Counted from the first letter of the stretch, positions 1-15,962 are shown. The stretch: 64,000 nucleotides of DNA from Lingula anatina (GCA_051362555.1 CM120641.1:22320001-22384000); one strand, 5' to 3'. Notes: a model not told the origin generated them from the letters alone. Program-made: numbers and translations.

Positions 1-3000
1 TCTGCAGTTGATTAACAGATTTTTTCGTGAAGACAGTGCCATATTTTTGTAAATAATTTAATATATTTGTGACTCAATGCGTGTGGTGTATTGGTAGATT
101 TTAGGACCAGGGTCCAAGTACGTGCAGATTGATTTCACACAAAGATTTCGACATGGTCAGGTTTCATCTTTTTATTATTTGCTTTCACTGCATTGTTATT
201 TTTCTGTAGGTAATATGGAAACTTAGTACCGTATGACAACCTTGGCGTTACGTGTTACTTATACGAAAATTATATAGAAGGCATATGTACACAATTATAA
301 TAATTATTTTTCGTTAATGCAGATGGAGCCATTAGTTGGGCAAGCTGTTAAGATATTTCACTCTGTTGTAAGACTGTGCAGATTTGTTATCTTTAGTAAT
401 TGCAGGTGTCTTTAAAGTAATAAACAAAACTTTTCAGGGATTTTCAGAAAAAAATGTTCTAGTACGTGTAAAAAACGCCACCTTAACTTCTATTATTATA
501 TTATGTGTATAAAACAGATTTCAGCTTCGTAATATTGGTTTTCATTTTCGGTTTCACGTGTCGAGTTACACATTCGCTTTACTGTGTGCGGGTTGTGGCG
601 TTGCTCTTTTTTCAAATTTGCACGAATTCTTTATGTAGGCTGAAATGGGGGAAAGCTCAATAAACAGATGTGGTTTAACTGTCGAGTTTCCCGTGTGTTA
701 TACATATATTAAAATGCTCGTTCGGTTATGAAAGATCATGGTTCGATATGGATGCGTTTGTTTATCTAAGCGGAAAATACATATACCGGGTGGTGGCAAT
801 TTATTTTCCATCATTTGCTTTCGAATCAACATGATTATTTATAAATATTAAGTTTGTGTTGAATTCGATGAAAATCTCCTCAATATTAAATTTTACACTG
901 ATAGAATCGATTTTGATTAAATGGGTGGCAACATCTAGTGTTTCTTCTTTCTGATCAATATGATATCGAGATCGTGAGTAAGAGATTATTTGAACATGAC
1001 AAAAAGATCAAAATATCGCTATGTGTTCAGGATATCTAGGAAAAAATGCTTATCCTTTTGTAGTAATGCATGGACATGAATGACCAGAAAAATAGTAAAA
1101 GATAATTTATTAATTATATTTGTTGCATAGAACGGGTAAAGCTACATTCACCTGGCGTGATAAAAGGAAATGCTGATTTTGCACAATGAAGTCTATCCCA
1201 AGGGTTACATGGTTTAGAGTAAAAAATACATTATTCAAAGAGGAAATACTATATAGGAAATAATATATGATACAACCATTACTATTCGCCTTGCCATTAA
1301 ACATCACTCCAGGCGCGAATGGCGTTCAAATCCCTGTTAACATTCAACTGGCTTCTCTGTTCACCAAGATGGAACAATGACTTTATCTTCTTTGGCACAT
1401 ATATGACCTGCTACTATGATAATTGGCAGATAAAAACTTTATGAACTATCTAAAGAAACAGGCACTGCGCTACGTGTTCCTGCATGGTACCCAACGGCTG
1501 ACTTGAACATAGTGCCGGTGGTCATTATTTTTTAATGTTCTGCGACAATATGTTTTGATTCTGGCAAATCTCTAGACGGTATGTACATGAATGATTTATA
1601 CTGCATATAAAAAGATCCACTTGACACTAAACTGGTATTGCTGGGGCTGCTCTGAAAAAAAAAGAAAAAAGGCATATCAAGACGATTACTACATACAATA
1701 TGCCCGTAAAGGCAATTTCTGACATGTGAGTTCTTTCAAAAGAAAACTAAGCAGTAAAAAATCCCAAAATGCTTGTTAAACAAAAAGTAACTGCCAAAAT
1801 AAAAAATGCTTCAAATGGCTGTGAGCCAGGAGATACACCAACTTGATAGAATATGTAGCGCATCTTAAAGGGCGTTACTAGAAGAATTAAGTGGCAGCCA
1901 AGTAAAGCAATTTGGTTGTATTACGTGCTGCAATTGCAACAAAGCAATTAATGGCATGCTTTAAAGATCTAAGGTGAATTTGGAATGGAGTGTAAGATCA
2001 AGCAGTACTAGCGAAAATATGCTTTTTATAAGAAGTATAGTTAACAGATGCACTGCCAACAACATTAATGATCAGTGCGGACCAAAGGTCAATTTATTTC
2101 ATTCATAAAGAAGAACATCAAGTTTGTCAGCCACTCCGTGCCTTGTCACCCAAATAGTGAAAGTCTATAATATAACGTAATTACATACAAAAATAATCGA
2201 AGCAAACTAACACTGAAAATTTGTAATAACATTACACGAACGTGGTGCTAAGGGATTCTGTAGCAAGCCGGCACTGTATCATAAAGCTACAAGCATATGT
2301 GGCAGAGCACACTACACTACCTCTGACCCACATGTGACCAGAAAGAAAGAGGACATTTTTGTTTGACCTTTGGGAAAAAATTACCAGTGCCTGATTTAGG
2401 CAACACGTCATATTTAAATCATTTATGAGTGACCTTTCCATGGTTTTGGCTGCGCAGTAAACCGTAAATTCATCTTTCATTGTATGGCAACAACAAATAA
2501 AATTGGTACAAAGCAATAAAAAATACCCGAAATAGTTTGCGCTGGGACGTTGTGACCTGGCATCTGCCCAAAGCTACAGCAGTACAATATTATTATGTAT
2601 AAAACTGACAATGGATATTTTATACCTTTTGGGACACGTGTTATATTAAAATATACACAGGCGACGGTTCAATACCAAATGTGTCAATATGCAAACATAC
2701 GAATTTGGAAGCGTTGTAATATTCAATATATCTTTAAGAGAGTTCGTCGTAAAAAGTCACAAAGAAAATATCACAATATTACAAAAAATGTGTACTACAA
2801 AAAATTTGTACGAGTATTTAAGTATTACTCTAGGAGGAAATGTCTAAGACCAAATTCTTTCATCCAAAATTAATTTGCCTATTATACGTAAACACCAAAT
2901 AACTAACAACGGTACCCAGCGAATTTGCCCCTATTAACTGAGGCAAATAGGAAGACTAAAAAGTTTCAAAAATAAAATAGGTCTGGTGCAAATGATATAT

Positions 3001-6000
3001 TAAAAATGCTTTACTTTCTGGCACGCATTATAATTTCGTCCCGGCGATGAGGAAACAAAATAAATAAAATACAGCCACAAAATTCGCTTTATTCCACTTT
3101 ATTCTTGTGTAGAACCAAAGTGCACTGACCATTTCCTATGAAATAAATAAATAAATAAATAAATGTATTGTTTCTTTCTATAAATGTTGAAATGTATTAC
3201 GTAGACTTCGGTGCTCAAATCTCGTGAACAAAATTATAGTACTAATAGATTAAAGTAAAATATAATAAAGAGAGAAATTAAATCGTACAGCACTGGACGC
3301 TGAAATGATATTTGAAAAGAAAACACAGTTAACTACTATTCATTGTGTATTCTGCCACATAAACTGGGTCCGGAATTCAATCTAATATACGGGAAGGACA
3401 CAGAGACGCGTAGATCAGCTGGATTTAAAAAGCATCACCCTTATCCTTGCTTTAAAACTGACATATGGAAAAATATTTCTTCATGCCTGGGTATTTGGCA
3501 CTGCCATAAAATTTAGGTCACCTCCTTGTTAAATTTAAGTCTGATTTAACGTTACCTTACATTTAATGTAACGTTTATTAATTGTTGTTCATTGAATCTA
3601 ATTATCTGCTTATCTTAAGCACATTTTTTCTTATTTATTTATTTATTTATTCATTTATTTATTTATTTATAATAATCTACATTTTAACACAAAACATGAG
3701 AAATTTGAAGAGAACAGATGAAAAAGCGAACAGATCAATTAACGAAGTCTGTCTTATTCTATTTCAACGTCAGTGAACGTATGCCAGAGATAAACTTGAT
3801 CGCTCTTCGTAAATATGATATTTATTAATCCAATAACAGCATGGATTCTCTTCCTGTTGGTCTAGCATAAATGCCTTACACTTGCTTGCTATACTCTCTT
3901 ACATTTATTGGGATTGTAAATTACTGTTGTTATATAGTGGATACATTTACCCTTCCTAATAGTATTAGGCATTTTTCATGAAGGGCATCTTTAATTTCCC
4001 CAAAATAATATGTATCGATTAGTGCCATTTGTCTACCTCTCAAAGAAGGAACTGGTCTTGCATCTTAACCGGTTTCAAATAGCCATTTTCTAAACATATT
4101 TATCTTTGTCACGAACTTTTATTGGCGTCCATGGTTAATTCTATGTCAATCTTTGTTTTCATCCCCTTTGTCTTTACTAGCGTAAACGCCAATAGAAACC
4201 CTGCACAGAACATGAAAGATTATTTTCGTACTTAAACAGCCTCACGATCACTGAGCAGTTATTATATCATGAAAACGACAGTGTTGAGGAGTAACCTTAT
4301 TTGACCAGTCATAACAAATCAAATAGCAGAGGCCGAAAATGTTCAACAAAAAGATATAAACTGAATAACATCCATTTTCAAAATTGCGATTTCGTTTCAT
4401 CTTCGGATTCAGCAATTACCTACCATAAATTGCATGTGAAAAAATAAAAAATAAGGGAACCCTCATCAAAATAATCACCAAACCCGTATATGTATATGAC
4501 GAGATGCATAAAGTTTTATAAATTGCCTGGACTTTTAAGAGCAGTACCGACCTGGTGACCTTTGGATGACCTCTGTACACTGTTGGCTGTCCTGCTGCCA
4601 TACATCTGCAAATGAAAAGGTAAAAGGAATTGTGATAAAAAGAGGGATTTTTCTCAATCTTCAGTGTTGGATAAAGACGAGTAACAACACAGTTGGGTGG
4701 CTAGACCCAAGTGCACGTCAAGGTTTTCCGCGCACTGTTTTATTTAAAACTGTTTTGACAAAAAAAGAAGTTCAAATAAATGGATACACAAAAAAGAAAA
4801 AAATAATGACATGATCTAAAAGATGATACATTACTTTGTATTCTTTGTTACGTTCAAACACAAAAATTAATAAATTGTGAGGCAGTCTTTTGTCATGTGC
4901 CATATTTAGTTTTGCATATAACTACAACATTGTGTTGCTTCTGGAAAGTGTAAATTTCGTCCAGACAAAACTCAATACAAAAATGGTAAAAATATCAATG
5001 GCCGAATAAGCGTTTCGTGACCTTTTGGGTGATGGCCTTCTTCAAAACTGTCGTCGACTCTGTCCGAACGAAAAGTAGGATGGGAATGGTGCAAAATCAT
5101 ATGAGCGTCGTAGCATCCAAAGACAAAATTTGTCACACTGATGAACAGCAAAACGCTGAACATATGACTATAACATTTGCTAAATGTATTTATTCTTGGC
5201 CTTTCCGAAGAAGGGCTGAGCTGCATTCATCATCAATAGGTAATTATAAAGATACTGAGTCTATTTCATACAACTTTTCCAGTACCTGATTTTATCTATG
5301 TACTTATTTTAGGTACACCATGCTTCATACTTCCCAAGATATATATCATAGTAAACGCCCTAAACTTTTAGTACGAATTTCTAACAAATAATTCACATAC
5401 CAATTCTTGAAATTACATATATACAATATTTTTAGGGGGAGATAATGTAACCCGGTAATATTTTCTTTAAGTTATACTATTTGAAACACTGTGGTGGCAT
5501 TTGCTTGGACCTAGTCGGAATTATTTGACCCAAGTACTCGCTATAATTTGCATCTTTTAAATTATAGTAACTTAGTATATATCTATCATGTTTGCATATC
5601 AATGTATGAAACGGTATCATTGACGCAAGTCTTTGTATAAGCTTTCTTATTAATTCATTTATTTATTTATTTATTCATTTATTTATTTATTACTATTAAC
5701 ATATTACATAAGAACATTTCGAACATATTGCGTCTCATTTCGAGAAGATCAAGTGGATTCAAAATCCACGACTTGAGATCCAATGATTGGTCTTTTATCC
5801 CGCGCACTCCTTAGTTCAGCTATTCTTAGGCAGTCATATTTCACTACATATAAATAAATCAAAGATACATGTATAACTCTGGCAGAGGTTAGGGCATATA
5901 TTACACAGCAAGAAGAGAGCAAGACCAGTATATCAATGTGCTGAAGACTGGTTAATCAATTACCTTTTGAAACAGATAACAAAAGTCATCATTCCGCTTT

Positions 6001-9000
6001 AGCTTTTCGAGAGCTTTTGTTTTTAATGGACACCTAAAAAGTTTGTTTTTTATTATTAATTTATGAAAATTATATGCCTCAGAAATAACAAGTAGTCAAG
6101 TTAATGAATTTTATTGAATTGAAGTAAATGTACCCATTAGATGCACGTTCCACGGTTTTAGTTTGTGATATTATGTAGGTAGAATACTTCAAGCTGATAC
6201 ATGTGCATACTATGTCAACTTGCCTCCGGAAAAAACCCTTCAATATATAAATATACCCGCCCTGTTGTTGTAGATTCTTTCCGATGAAACTCAAGAAATG
6301 GTCATTCAATAATTCAATGTACTTGTTCCTGGCGTGTACACAATTATTTATTGTGGCTGTCTGATTCAATGACAAACCTCTGATATTAAGATTGATGATA
6401 TCATAAGAATTTCCAGGATGTTACTAAGTGTCAAGATTAATCTATTATTATACATAAGATAACACATTTACCTGGTGATGAGCTTTCTTGGCCAAATCTA
6501 TAAAACATATTTGGCAAAAAACCGAAATGAATGATATCGATAACTTCAAAAACGCATCTCATCAATGAGTTTCTTTAAAGGGATAAACTGTTTTAAAGTC
6601 AATGCCCACTATCTTCTTTTTCATTAGTTTCCATGTCAAAGGGTACAGTTCGTAGCACCCTTTTAATTTATGAGATTACTACGCCTACACCAAAGTCGTA
6701 TTATTTATATGCCAAGGAAATTGGAAGGAACTAAATATAATTCTTTATTTGACCCTAGTCAACGTTTCTTCATTGAACATTTCTGAGTTTGCAACTCGAT
6801 ATAACGTTAACATGCAAGTTATATTGAGGTTTATTGAATACAGTCGGGATATGTAGTATTTTTTTCGCCGCCAAAGTTCATACACTAATCCCAATTGATT
6901 GCTTCACATGACTACTTAATAAGTAAATAAATAAATTAATTTAAATTGAACAAAATTAAAAAAATAATAAGTAAAATTGAGATTAGTACGCTGTCGTTTG
7001 CATTCTGTTGTAGCAATCTAAACTGCAGTCATAATTTTGTTCTTCCAAAGATTTCTATGCTGGCATAAAATAGACTGTAAGCTACCTGAAAAGAAGGAAA
7101 TCTCTTAGATTTTATAAAATTAAGGCAAAAAATTTCTAAGTCCCCGATAATCGATATTACTTAAGAAGTGCTTTGTTGAACCACAGGTCCATATATAGCT
7201 GCATTTCACATAACCCGGCAGAAAGAAGCGATGAATGGACTTTACCGCAATACAATTGGTTTGCAATTGCCTATTGATCTGCTTTCGAGATTGCACGCAG
7301 AGGAGTAAATACCAAATTATTTTAGAAAGAAAATGAGTTGCTTTAAACATGCCCAATACCAAAACAGTTAGTTATACCAAACTCAATACCAAAACGCATA
7401 GTTGTGCCTTTGATATCTCCGGTATTTACCGTCTACAGGCGTATTTCATAGTCACCTCAAGTTCAATATTGTAGTGAATATTAACATTATATTTTAACCT
7501 TCCTCTCTACGAGCCTGCTTATTAAGTTGGCTTATACAGGAATATAGAAATCAAAACATTCGAGTAAAATGAAACAGCATTAAGGAATAATATCGCATTT
7601 CTTTTGATAAAACCATAAAAAATTGAATCTTCATATCAAAGAAAACATAATTCACAATGGGTACCAAGTCCCTTGCAGAAACCATAAACCACCTCAAAAA
7701 ATAAGTTTGGGGGGTTAAAAATTGAAAACTGCCAAGTACTGAAACATCAAGAAACGCTATAAATACTTCATCTAAGCTGTAATAAGCTTTTTTTTTCAAA
7801 AGAGGTGTAAAATAGAAAGAACAAAAGAATGGGAACAAAACATAGAATAAGACCCCATAAGTGGACTATCTTGGGGATATCTAAGGTCATGTTTGTGCAT
7901 TTTTAACCGCAAAACGAAAGAAAAGCGAAGGGACGTCCAGTTAAAGTAACCTAAAGAGTCCTTTGTTCCCCTGCCAGTTCACGTTGCAACCAAGACTCTT
8001 TCTCCAGTATTGAATGTCCATCGTTGTAGCTAGCCGTGCACTGACCCAAGCGGGTTCCGGACACATCACTTCCACTTAGTCTAACTTGAATTGAGGCAGT
8101 TTTCTTAATAGAGGTAACTACGTGCACCATCTAATCGATAGCTACATTGATTGCGGTTCTCGAAGTCAACTAGACACGGACTTCCTTATACGACAAGATT
8201 CATTTTCATGAAATACAGATAACAGCTAGTTGGAATAGTCTTATTTATATTACATTTTATTTGTATTGAATAAAACAACTACATATCAACATTTTACTGT
8301 GTGCCATTTTGCTTTTGCTGTTGCTATTTTCAGGTTGTCCCATTTAAATTCTATCTTAACTCGAAAGACAATTTCTCTGCTTTTGTCAATAAAGAATGAC
8401 AAAATTATAATGATAAAAGTGTCCACGAGTAACTCGTACTGATGTGTACTCATAAATGTCTCTACCATTTTATTGACTTGCACATTGCATGAACAATATT
8501 CATCAGAATGTACAACAAAATCAGTACTTTTTCTGAAATCATCATCACATTTCGTAATTCAGTTCCTACAGATATTTCAAATACAAGATACAAGATATGG
8601 GCCAAACTCAAATAATTTCAGTGTCTTTTCACATTAAATACACAGTCCTTGCCCGAGAGTTTGTTTCAGTAATTAACCTAGTTAAAAACCAATCAGCTCA
8701 GACGCAACCGCTTTGAATGGTGGGCTAGAGAATTCAAGAAATGCCCGATCATTGGCGTTTATTTATACTTATTACTGCAGCTTAACAAGAAAAAAAAAGT
8801 AGTTCTCACATGTGAATCACATCTTAACGTGGATTTTCACAATTCCCACAGTAAACGTTTTTTTCTACTCAATTAGTCTGTGATTGTTTTCGATACTGAC
8901 CGCATAACTTGCATAACATCTGTGTAGGTGTGATGGTACAAGTATCAAAATTATTTCTTTATTGATTCTAGCGTTTTGATGGTCTCTTGATGGAATACAT

Positions 9001-9812
9001 TTTACATGTATATTTTACCTGTACAATTGTACATATGCGTTACTGCTATCCGTTTCTTTTAAATTTTGGAAGATGGCCTGCCTTCCTATAGTGAAGCTGG
9101 GACAGTGGACACACACTCACGCACACACACACACGCACGCACACACACAAATATATGGCCTCCTCTCAATCTCAGATCAGCAAATGATAAAATGTAAACA
9201 AGTTATAGCGTGTTATAATTCAGAATAGCCCTGCTATAATCAAGTTATCTACTGTGTCAGCCAATCAATCATTTAAAGAGACGCCTCGCTATTGCCTTTT
9301 ACCCACACTTATCATTCTGCATCTAAATGTTTCATATTTCGACCTAAACTTACATCTTCTTTTATACACGTGTAGCATCAGGGCACTTATGACGACATGC
9401 ATTCTCCAACAAGGTACGCGGGTACACGTATTTTCATCGTGTAGCCTAATGCATCGTTAACAGGTGCCCCAAATCAATATCCTGGGACAAACGATGTATT
9501 TTTTATCAATTCTAAGTGACTGCAAATGGTTTTTCGTTTTTTTCTCCTATTTTTGAAGCCTTTCACTAACTGACCAAAAGTTATTTCAAACATACAACAA
9601 ATAGGCGGTCGTTTTTAAAAGTCCGAGTCACTAATTTGTCAAAATATTCCCAGTGAAAGATCACACGCGTTATAAAGATTTTTTCTACTTGTGAAAATAA
9701 GGCAAAAGGTCAAATTGTCTTTAAGCCTTAAGTGGTTTTTTTAATCATATAAAAATGCCAATTCTAATTTCATTCTAAAAACATACGAAATATTTGTGCA
9801 TAAATGCATTTC

Positions 9813-9854
<42 letters not shown>
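9813..9854. repeat. (AAT)14 microsatellite
   Basis: Perfect AAT run read directly; explains poly-Ile ORF 9796..10074. Confidence 0.95.
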
Positions 9855-9858
<4 letters not shown>

Positions 9859-12800
9859 TTTATTTTTTGCTTGATTGTTATAAAAAATCTTCGTGAACAA
9901 CTTGCTGTTACAAAGGATCACAAAAATTTTATTAATTCCTCGTTATCAACAAAGCCTCCGTCTTTTATTTACCAGCATCACGTTGGTGAAACAAACTTAT
10001 ACATATCCTTAACTCCCATTCCACATGCTAATGAATTCAAATTTTTCAATGATGCACATTTAAAGACTATTTAGCTTATGCATCATCCTCCCATTTCCCC
10101 TGAGCTACAGCAGCATTGGAATTTGTTCAAGACACATATGAACACTTGTGGGTAACACATTACACCAACTAAATATATTTTGCCATAATATGGCTCAGGA
10201 CATAGACATGGCCCTCTTCTGTCTACACAACCACCTAGAACTTTACCCGGGGTGACCCTTTTGCGGACAAAAGACACCGGTTAGACCACCATTATGATTC
10301 ATTCGCCAAGGTCAAAAGTTCATTTCTTTTTTCTTCTTTTCTTTGGTCACCAGTATAAACTTGACAAACGGTGTACCATATTGTCATATGAATTGAGCAA
10401 AATAAGAATTTAGGAGGGAGTTAAATATTTGTTTGTAAGTGATGGGTATTTTTAGTCCGGACATGCAGCCTAGTTTGTTTATAACATGGCTTTGCGTACA
10501 ATGCCAATATAAAGAAAATATTGTGAATGTCAAAATCTATATACAACCGAAGACTCAGTGCAAAAAGTCAAGAGACGTCTTGAAGAATATTAGAATATTG
10601 TCCATTTTTTATGTTGTGAAATAAATGGAAATGACACACTCGTTTTCTCTTGGTTGTAAAATGACAAATAAATAAAAAAAAAATATATATAAATAACTTT
10701 GTTGGTTTTCGCCCAATAATAAAGTGACACATAGCAGAGAATTTTAAAAAGTGATTTTTGCTTTTCAAGTAAATTTCTTGAAATATTCATTTTTACAGCT
10801 TAAAAGCGCTTTTTGAAATTTAGAAAGCAATTTTGCAATTTTGTTAAAAAACATCAGCGTTACTGTAATTGCAATGTATTTTACTACAATGGTTTGATTT
10901 AAGAGAAAAGTGCATTTTTTATTTAAAAAATTCAGATGTTTCACCAATTTTGAAGGATGACATTTTAAACGTTTAAAGTGAGTCGAAGTTTATTATCTAA
11001 TTCTCCCAATTTCAAACGCTTTTTGCCAAAAATCAAAGATATGAAAAAAAATACAATAATCTATTTTCGTATTTGAAGGCTACTCTCTGCCAAGTAGGCC
11101 TATAGGCAAAAATTTCTCCTTGGACAGTACATAAAAGTGCGAAGAATTAGTGAGTAAAATATGTTCAAATATCTTAGTAAAAAAGAACCTTTTGTGCTCT
11201 TTCTAGGTTTTAAAAGACATATTTGTGTATAGTAGTGGACATTTGCTAAATTGTTAGTAAAACAAATATGCAAACAATCGATAAAATTGTTGGAAAGCAG
11301 CAGATAAAACTAATTTCATTTCAAATGCTATTTACAAATAACAGAATATTCGTACCTAAAAGACTGTTAAACACAAAACACACGTTTTAGCTTGAGGTTT
11401 AAGGTTCAAAAATAACAAAATGACAAAACAAAAATTTCAAAGAAGTCAATAGGCATGAAAGCAACATGTTAAGTATTTAAAAATACATTAAACAAATAAT
11501 TTTGAGCGTATTTTCGACATTTTCCCTTACACACATTTGTGTACTTCATATTTATCAAACAGATTCTCAGATTTATTGTTTAGTTTTCGGTCGAATCCTC
11601 TCTGACTGATATTTTGGTACTTCTTAGAAAACCGCCAAATTTTGACAATATGGGACATAGAAGAACAATCGCAGAACAGTTTTATTTGTCAAAGCTATTA
11701 ACTTGTTCCTTTTAAACATTTATACTCTAAACAAATGCGGGAAATGATAAAAAAATATTCAATAACTGTTTTCAATAACGTTAATCAATATTTTTTAGCT
11801 GTAGGCACAAGAACAAAAAAATGCATTGAGCGCAGATAAACTTATCTATTTATTTATTTGTTATTTAATTAATTTGTTTTTTTTTTGTTTATTTATTTTG
11901 CGTTGATATGAAATGAAAAAAAATATGTGAATGAAAAATAACTTCACATGTAATTAAGAAAGTGTTACTATAGAAAAAATATTTCAGAGAAAAAAAGAAA
12001 GGTACATTTTTGAATGAATTACACGATTCACGCTTTGTCTTATTTTCTCACTCTGTATTTCTTTAATGAGTAATAAAAATTAAAAGAGAGAGAGAGAGAA
12101 AGAAAGTAAAACCAAGACAGCGTTACAGTTAATTTTTTTTTTACAAAAGGAGAATACTGATATTAATCCCATCTAACACAAGTAATATTAAGAACGAGCC
12201 ATACTCTCTTAACAACTACGATATTGTGCTTTATGGAAATGAATAAAAATCACAAAGACACTATCATATTGTGATGATTGCGTTAAGTGTTGAAATAAAA
12301 AAAATACATGTATATGTAGCTGCAAAGTAAAATTCGGAGTGTTGAATGCTTATAATACCAAACAATTTCTCTTCACATTTGAGAGTCAAAATTAAAAAAA
12401 ACAAAAAACAAAAAACAGTTACGCCTATGAAAAATGTAAAAACACGTGAGAGAAATTTGCTTAGGCTAAACAAAACTACCAATCGCTGACGACAACCTAG
12501 GATGGTTTTCATTTGGAAATATTTAGATCGACCATCTGAAATCCGTAGCGGTGAAAGCATTTTTCACACCACCAAACATTCATCCCAAAATGCAACAAAG
12601 TCAAGAATTACCATTCCCTTTGAAAAGCTATGAAAATATTGTTATTGTTTTGAAAATATAACACACGCTGGATAAAGTGGCACTCAGTAACCATTCGAAT
12701 ACATGCACGTCTTCATTATCATGCTAAATAAACACAATTAGTCTGCGCAACATACAGAACACCTACCACAATGGCTATCAGGATGGCTAATATTTACATT

Positions 12801-14228
12801 TGCACTATTTTGCTGAACTATTTGCATATTCATTGGTGTTTTTCTACATTCCCGTCTATCATAAAACGCATTTCTAGCTTAAGAACTTTGTGTGTGATTA
12901 CTTGATCCTTTCTCCAGCAACCAATTCAACAACATTCTTAACAAAAATATGACATCATAGTGTATCAAATTAAAATAAATGACTCCATAGAGCGCTCTGG
13001 AAAGACGTTAGTATACTTGCTGTTTTATATCACTTGTGATAAAAGAATGCCTTATATATGCAATTATTTATGAAGGTCAGTGATCACCTGTACCGACAGT
13101 GTTCAGCTATTAACAACCTATAATATTTCATAAATTATTAACCGCAGCTGTCAGTACCGTCATCTAAAGAAAATAATCATTTGCTTTTTTTATTTAATTG
13201 GCTCGAACGACCACCTGCATTCCCGTTTCGCACCATCAGCGTGGAAATGAACCAATTATTCAACGAGAGGGCATGTGAAAACAAAGTTGAACTAACCCAC
13301 TGTTCAGGGTAAAATAACTAGCTGCTAGTACTAGAAACGGTGCATGCAGTCCTACCTTCAAGTACCACCGAAAACAGACTTTCTCTTCTATCGATATTTA
13401 TATACAGGAAAATAAAAAAAATTCGTTTACAACTAGCTAAGAGTTCACAAAACTTTACCAGGCTCGCGATCTCGGCGGGCGTACCGTGTCACTGATGTTC
13501 CCGCAACCTGGTACTTCCCGTCTGTCTGTCTTCAGGCAGCGGTGATTTTAGGTTCAGAGGGTTTGTGCGAAAGACGTGATATCGAAATGTGTGACTTTAA
13601 CTTAGGCTGATCAACTGATATCCTTGACTAATCAACTAATAAAAGGAGAAAGCGTTTGTTTTGTTCAGAGATACTTAGCTGTTTAAAGCTACCTAGCTAA
13701 AAACCACTTGCTCAAAACCACTCCTCGTTCAATGTCTTCATTCTTCAAGTGCATAGCACTTCAAGTGTCTAGCCGAGTCCAAGCACTTACCTCATTCTCT
13801 CAGAGTAATCCTCCTGGGAAGGAAAGTAATCCAATACGTATTGTTCTGTTGGTTCATTGCCCTGTCCACCCTGTGTGTGTCATGAAAAATGACAGGATGA
13901 TAAATCACCAAGAGGTCAAGAGTCCCGTCACCGCATCGAGCGGAGAGACCTATCTGTTTGTAAAGACCAAGCAAAATGTATTTTTTAACCCCGGTCAATC
14001 TAGACACACTGACCTTTTCATTCTCCAGACTATGACAGGAAGGGGAGATCATAGTATCATTAAAGAAATAAAGAAGAAAAGAAAAGGATAAATGCCCCTA
14101 AAACTGTTTAATTATTATTTTCATTGGTCAATTTAAGTTATCGGTTTGACTTTCTGGGAGTAAGTGCAAAACGTCTAATTACGTTGACCAATATTTTTTA
14201 CAATTAAGATGCTGGTCTCTGGGGGATA

Positions 14229-14236
14229 TGACGTCA
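14229..14236. promoter_or_regulatory. Palindromic CRE (TGACGTCA) in a CpG-richer promoter-like stretch
   Basis: Exact TGACGTCA; nearby CCAAT/ATTGG boxes (~14189, ~14383). Function is inferred only. Confidence 0.3.
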
Positions 14237-15269
14237 CACAAGTGCTTCGACCTGGTTTGCTGCCCTGCGCATGACACCACGTGTTATGTAATGGGTCAGT
14301 TTTGAACACGCGGGGCATCTTACTTTTTTTTAGTCGGAGTACCAGGCTGAACTTTAAAAGCCATGCTTGGCCATAACAACGTATTGGTCGGCGAGCGATC
14401 TACATTTGAATGCAGTTTTGGATATTAATATGAATTTCATCAGTATGAATATGAAGATAGACATTAAAAATTTCATTTTTAAAACACAGCAATTCCTGAT
14501 GAGTTTTAGAAGAATGTAAAAAAACTTACAATTTTAGAATATTCCCGAAGCCTCGGAGCGGGATGATAATACACTGTACATGACAGTCAGGGCCGCCCGC
14601 ATAAAATGGGGGAAAATAGACAATGCGTTTGAATACAGCGATTTGAATCCATGTAAGGTTAAGCTGATACTGAACAATCGTGAAAAACTGTCGATAGGGC
14701 GAACAAAACCAAGGCTTTTTAAACCGTTAGCTACAATATGGCCAAAACGACGGTGAAAGCGACCCTCAATCCCTCTGACAGTAGGCCTACGCAACGCTGC
14801 TCCTAATAGTTCGACCAGTAGGCCTACTCCCAACTTTCAACGTTATATAGCGTATGCACTCAATCTTTGTTTAACTGTAAGCCCTGTCTCATTTAAGCTG
14901 TGCTGCAGCTTAAATACTTTTGAATTATACATTTTAATTCAACAGATATACTTAATTTTACCACTTGTGTGAGCGTGCTCAGGTAACACAGTTTACTCTC
15001 TGGAACAAGCTGTACAAAACTTAAATTTATAGAACAAGAAAAAAAAAGAACATGAGCACTCGACAACAGCATCACACGTATTTTTACGTCTTTGAAAAAC
15101 AAGGCAGCAAAGCTGTCAAATGTACAGACAAAAAGCAGGAAATAACTATGCACAAAATAGGCTACTGTCAATTCTGATGCAAAAGTACATTATGTTAAAC
15201 TGCAAATTCAACATCAAATTTTAATTATGCTCAACAGGTAATACCAATGTAAGTAAAATTTGTAACAAA

Positions 15270-15962
15270 CATAAGGCTTCAGGCCCATGGCATTTCAAGT
15301 TCACACTTTGAAAATGTATAACTTCCAGAAAAAGAAGCCAATTAGACTGCTTTTCCAACTCAGGCTGCATTTTAGTCCTGTATTTCTTTTTTGAACATTT
15401 GGCAATCATCACTAACATGGTTTTCCCATAATGGTCATTATGGCAGCAGCACCCAAAATTGTGTTTTCTTCTATTCTGATGCAATATTACATAATGGTTA
15501 ACAGCATAATGACCATCAATTTTTAATAATAAAATATACGTATCATGGATTTTCAGAAAATGTGACTAGCATGGGTCTTCAAGCCCATGGAACTTCAAAG
15601 TCACACCTTGAAAATGCCAATATGTGAAAAATTAAATTTTCATTAAAAAAAAAAATGTTTAACTAGCAGAAAGAATTACCAAACAGACTGCATTGCCTAC
15701 TGAAGCTGTATTTTAGTCCCATGTTTCTTTCCTGTAAGTTTGAGAACAGTAAGTGACATGATTTTTCTTAAATGGTCATCATGGGAGCAGTGCCCAAAAT
15801 ATTTTTTTCCAAATTTTGATGCAATATTACATAACGTTTAACAGCATAATGACCATCAATTTTTAATAATAAAATATTAGTATTATGGATATTCAGAAAA
15901 TTTGACTAGCAAAGGTCTTCAGGCCCATGGAACTTCAAAGTCACAACTTGAAAATGCCAAAA
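15270..15962. repeat. Internal tandem repeat, ~300-340 bp unit, ~2.2 copies
   Basis: Anchor A(G/A)GCCCATGG recurs at 15281, 15581 and 15921; long shared blocks such as GATGCAATATTACATAA..AACAGCATAATGACCATCAATTTTTAATAATAAAATAT. Confidence 0.85.

Noticed and set aside
4972-5226. ORF with a hydrophobic stretch followed by a His-rich segment (possible secreted peptide)
   Set aside because: No convincing splice sites or homology; an equally long antisense ORF overlaps it.
1110-13000. Numerous 60-100 aa ORFs in the AT-rich left region
   Set aside because: No recognisable domains; many start at TTG/GTG; composition reflects AT-rich or microsatellite DNA.
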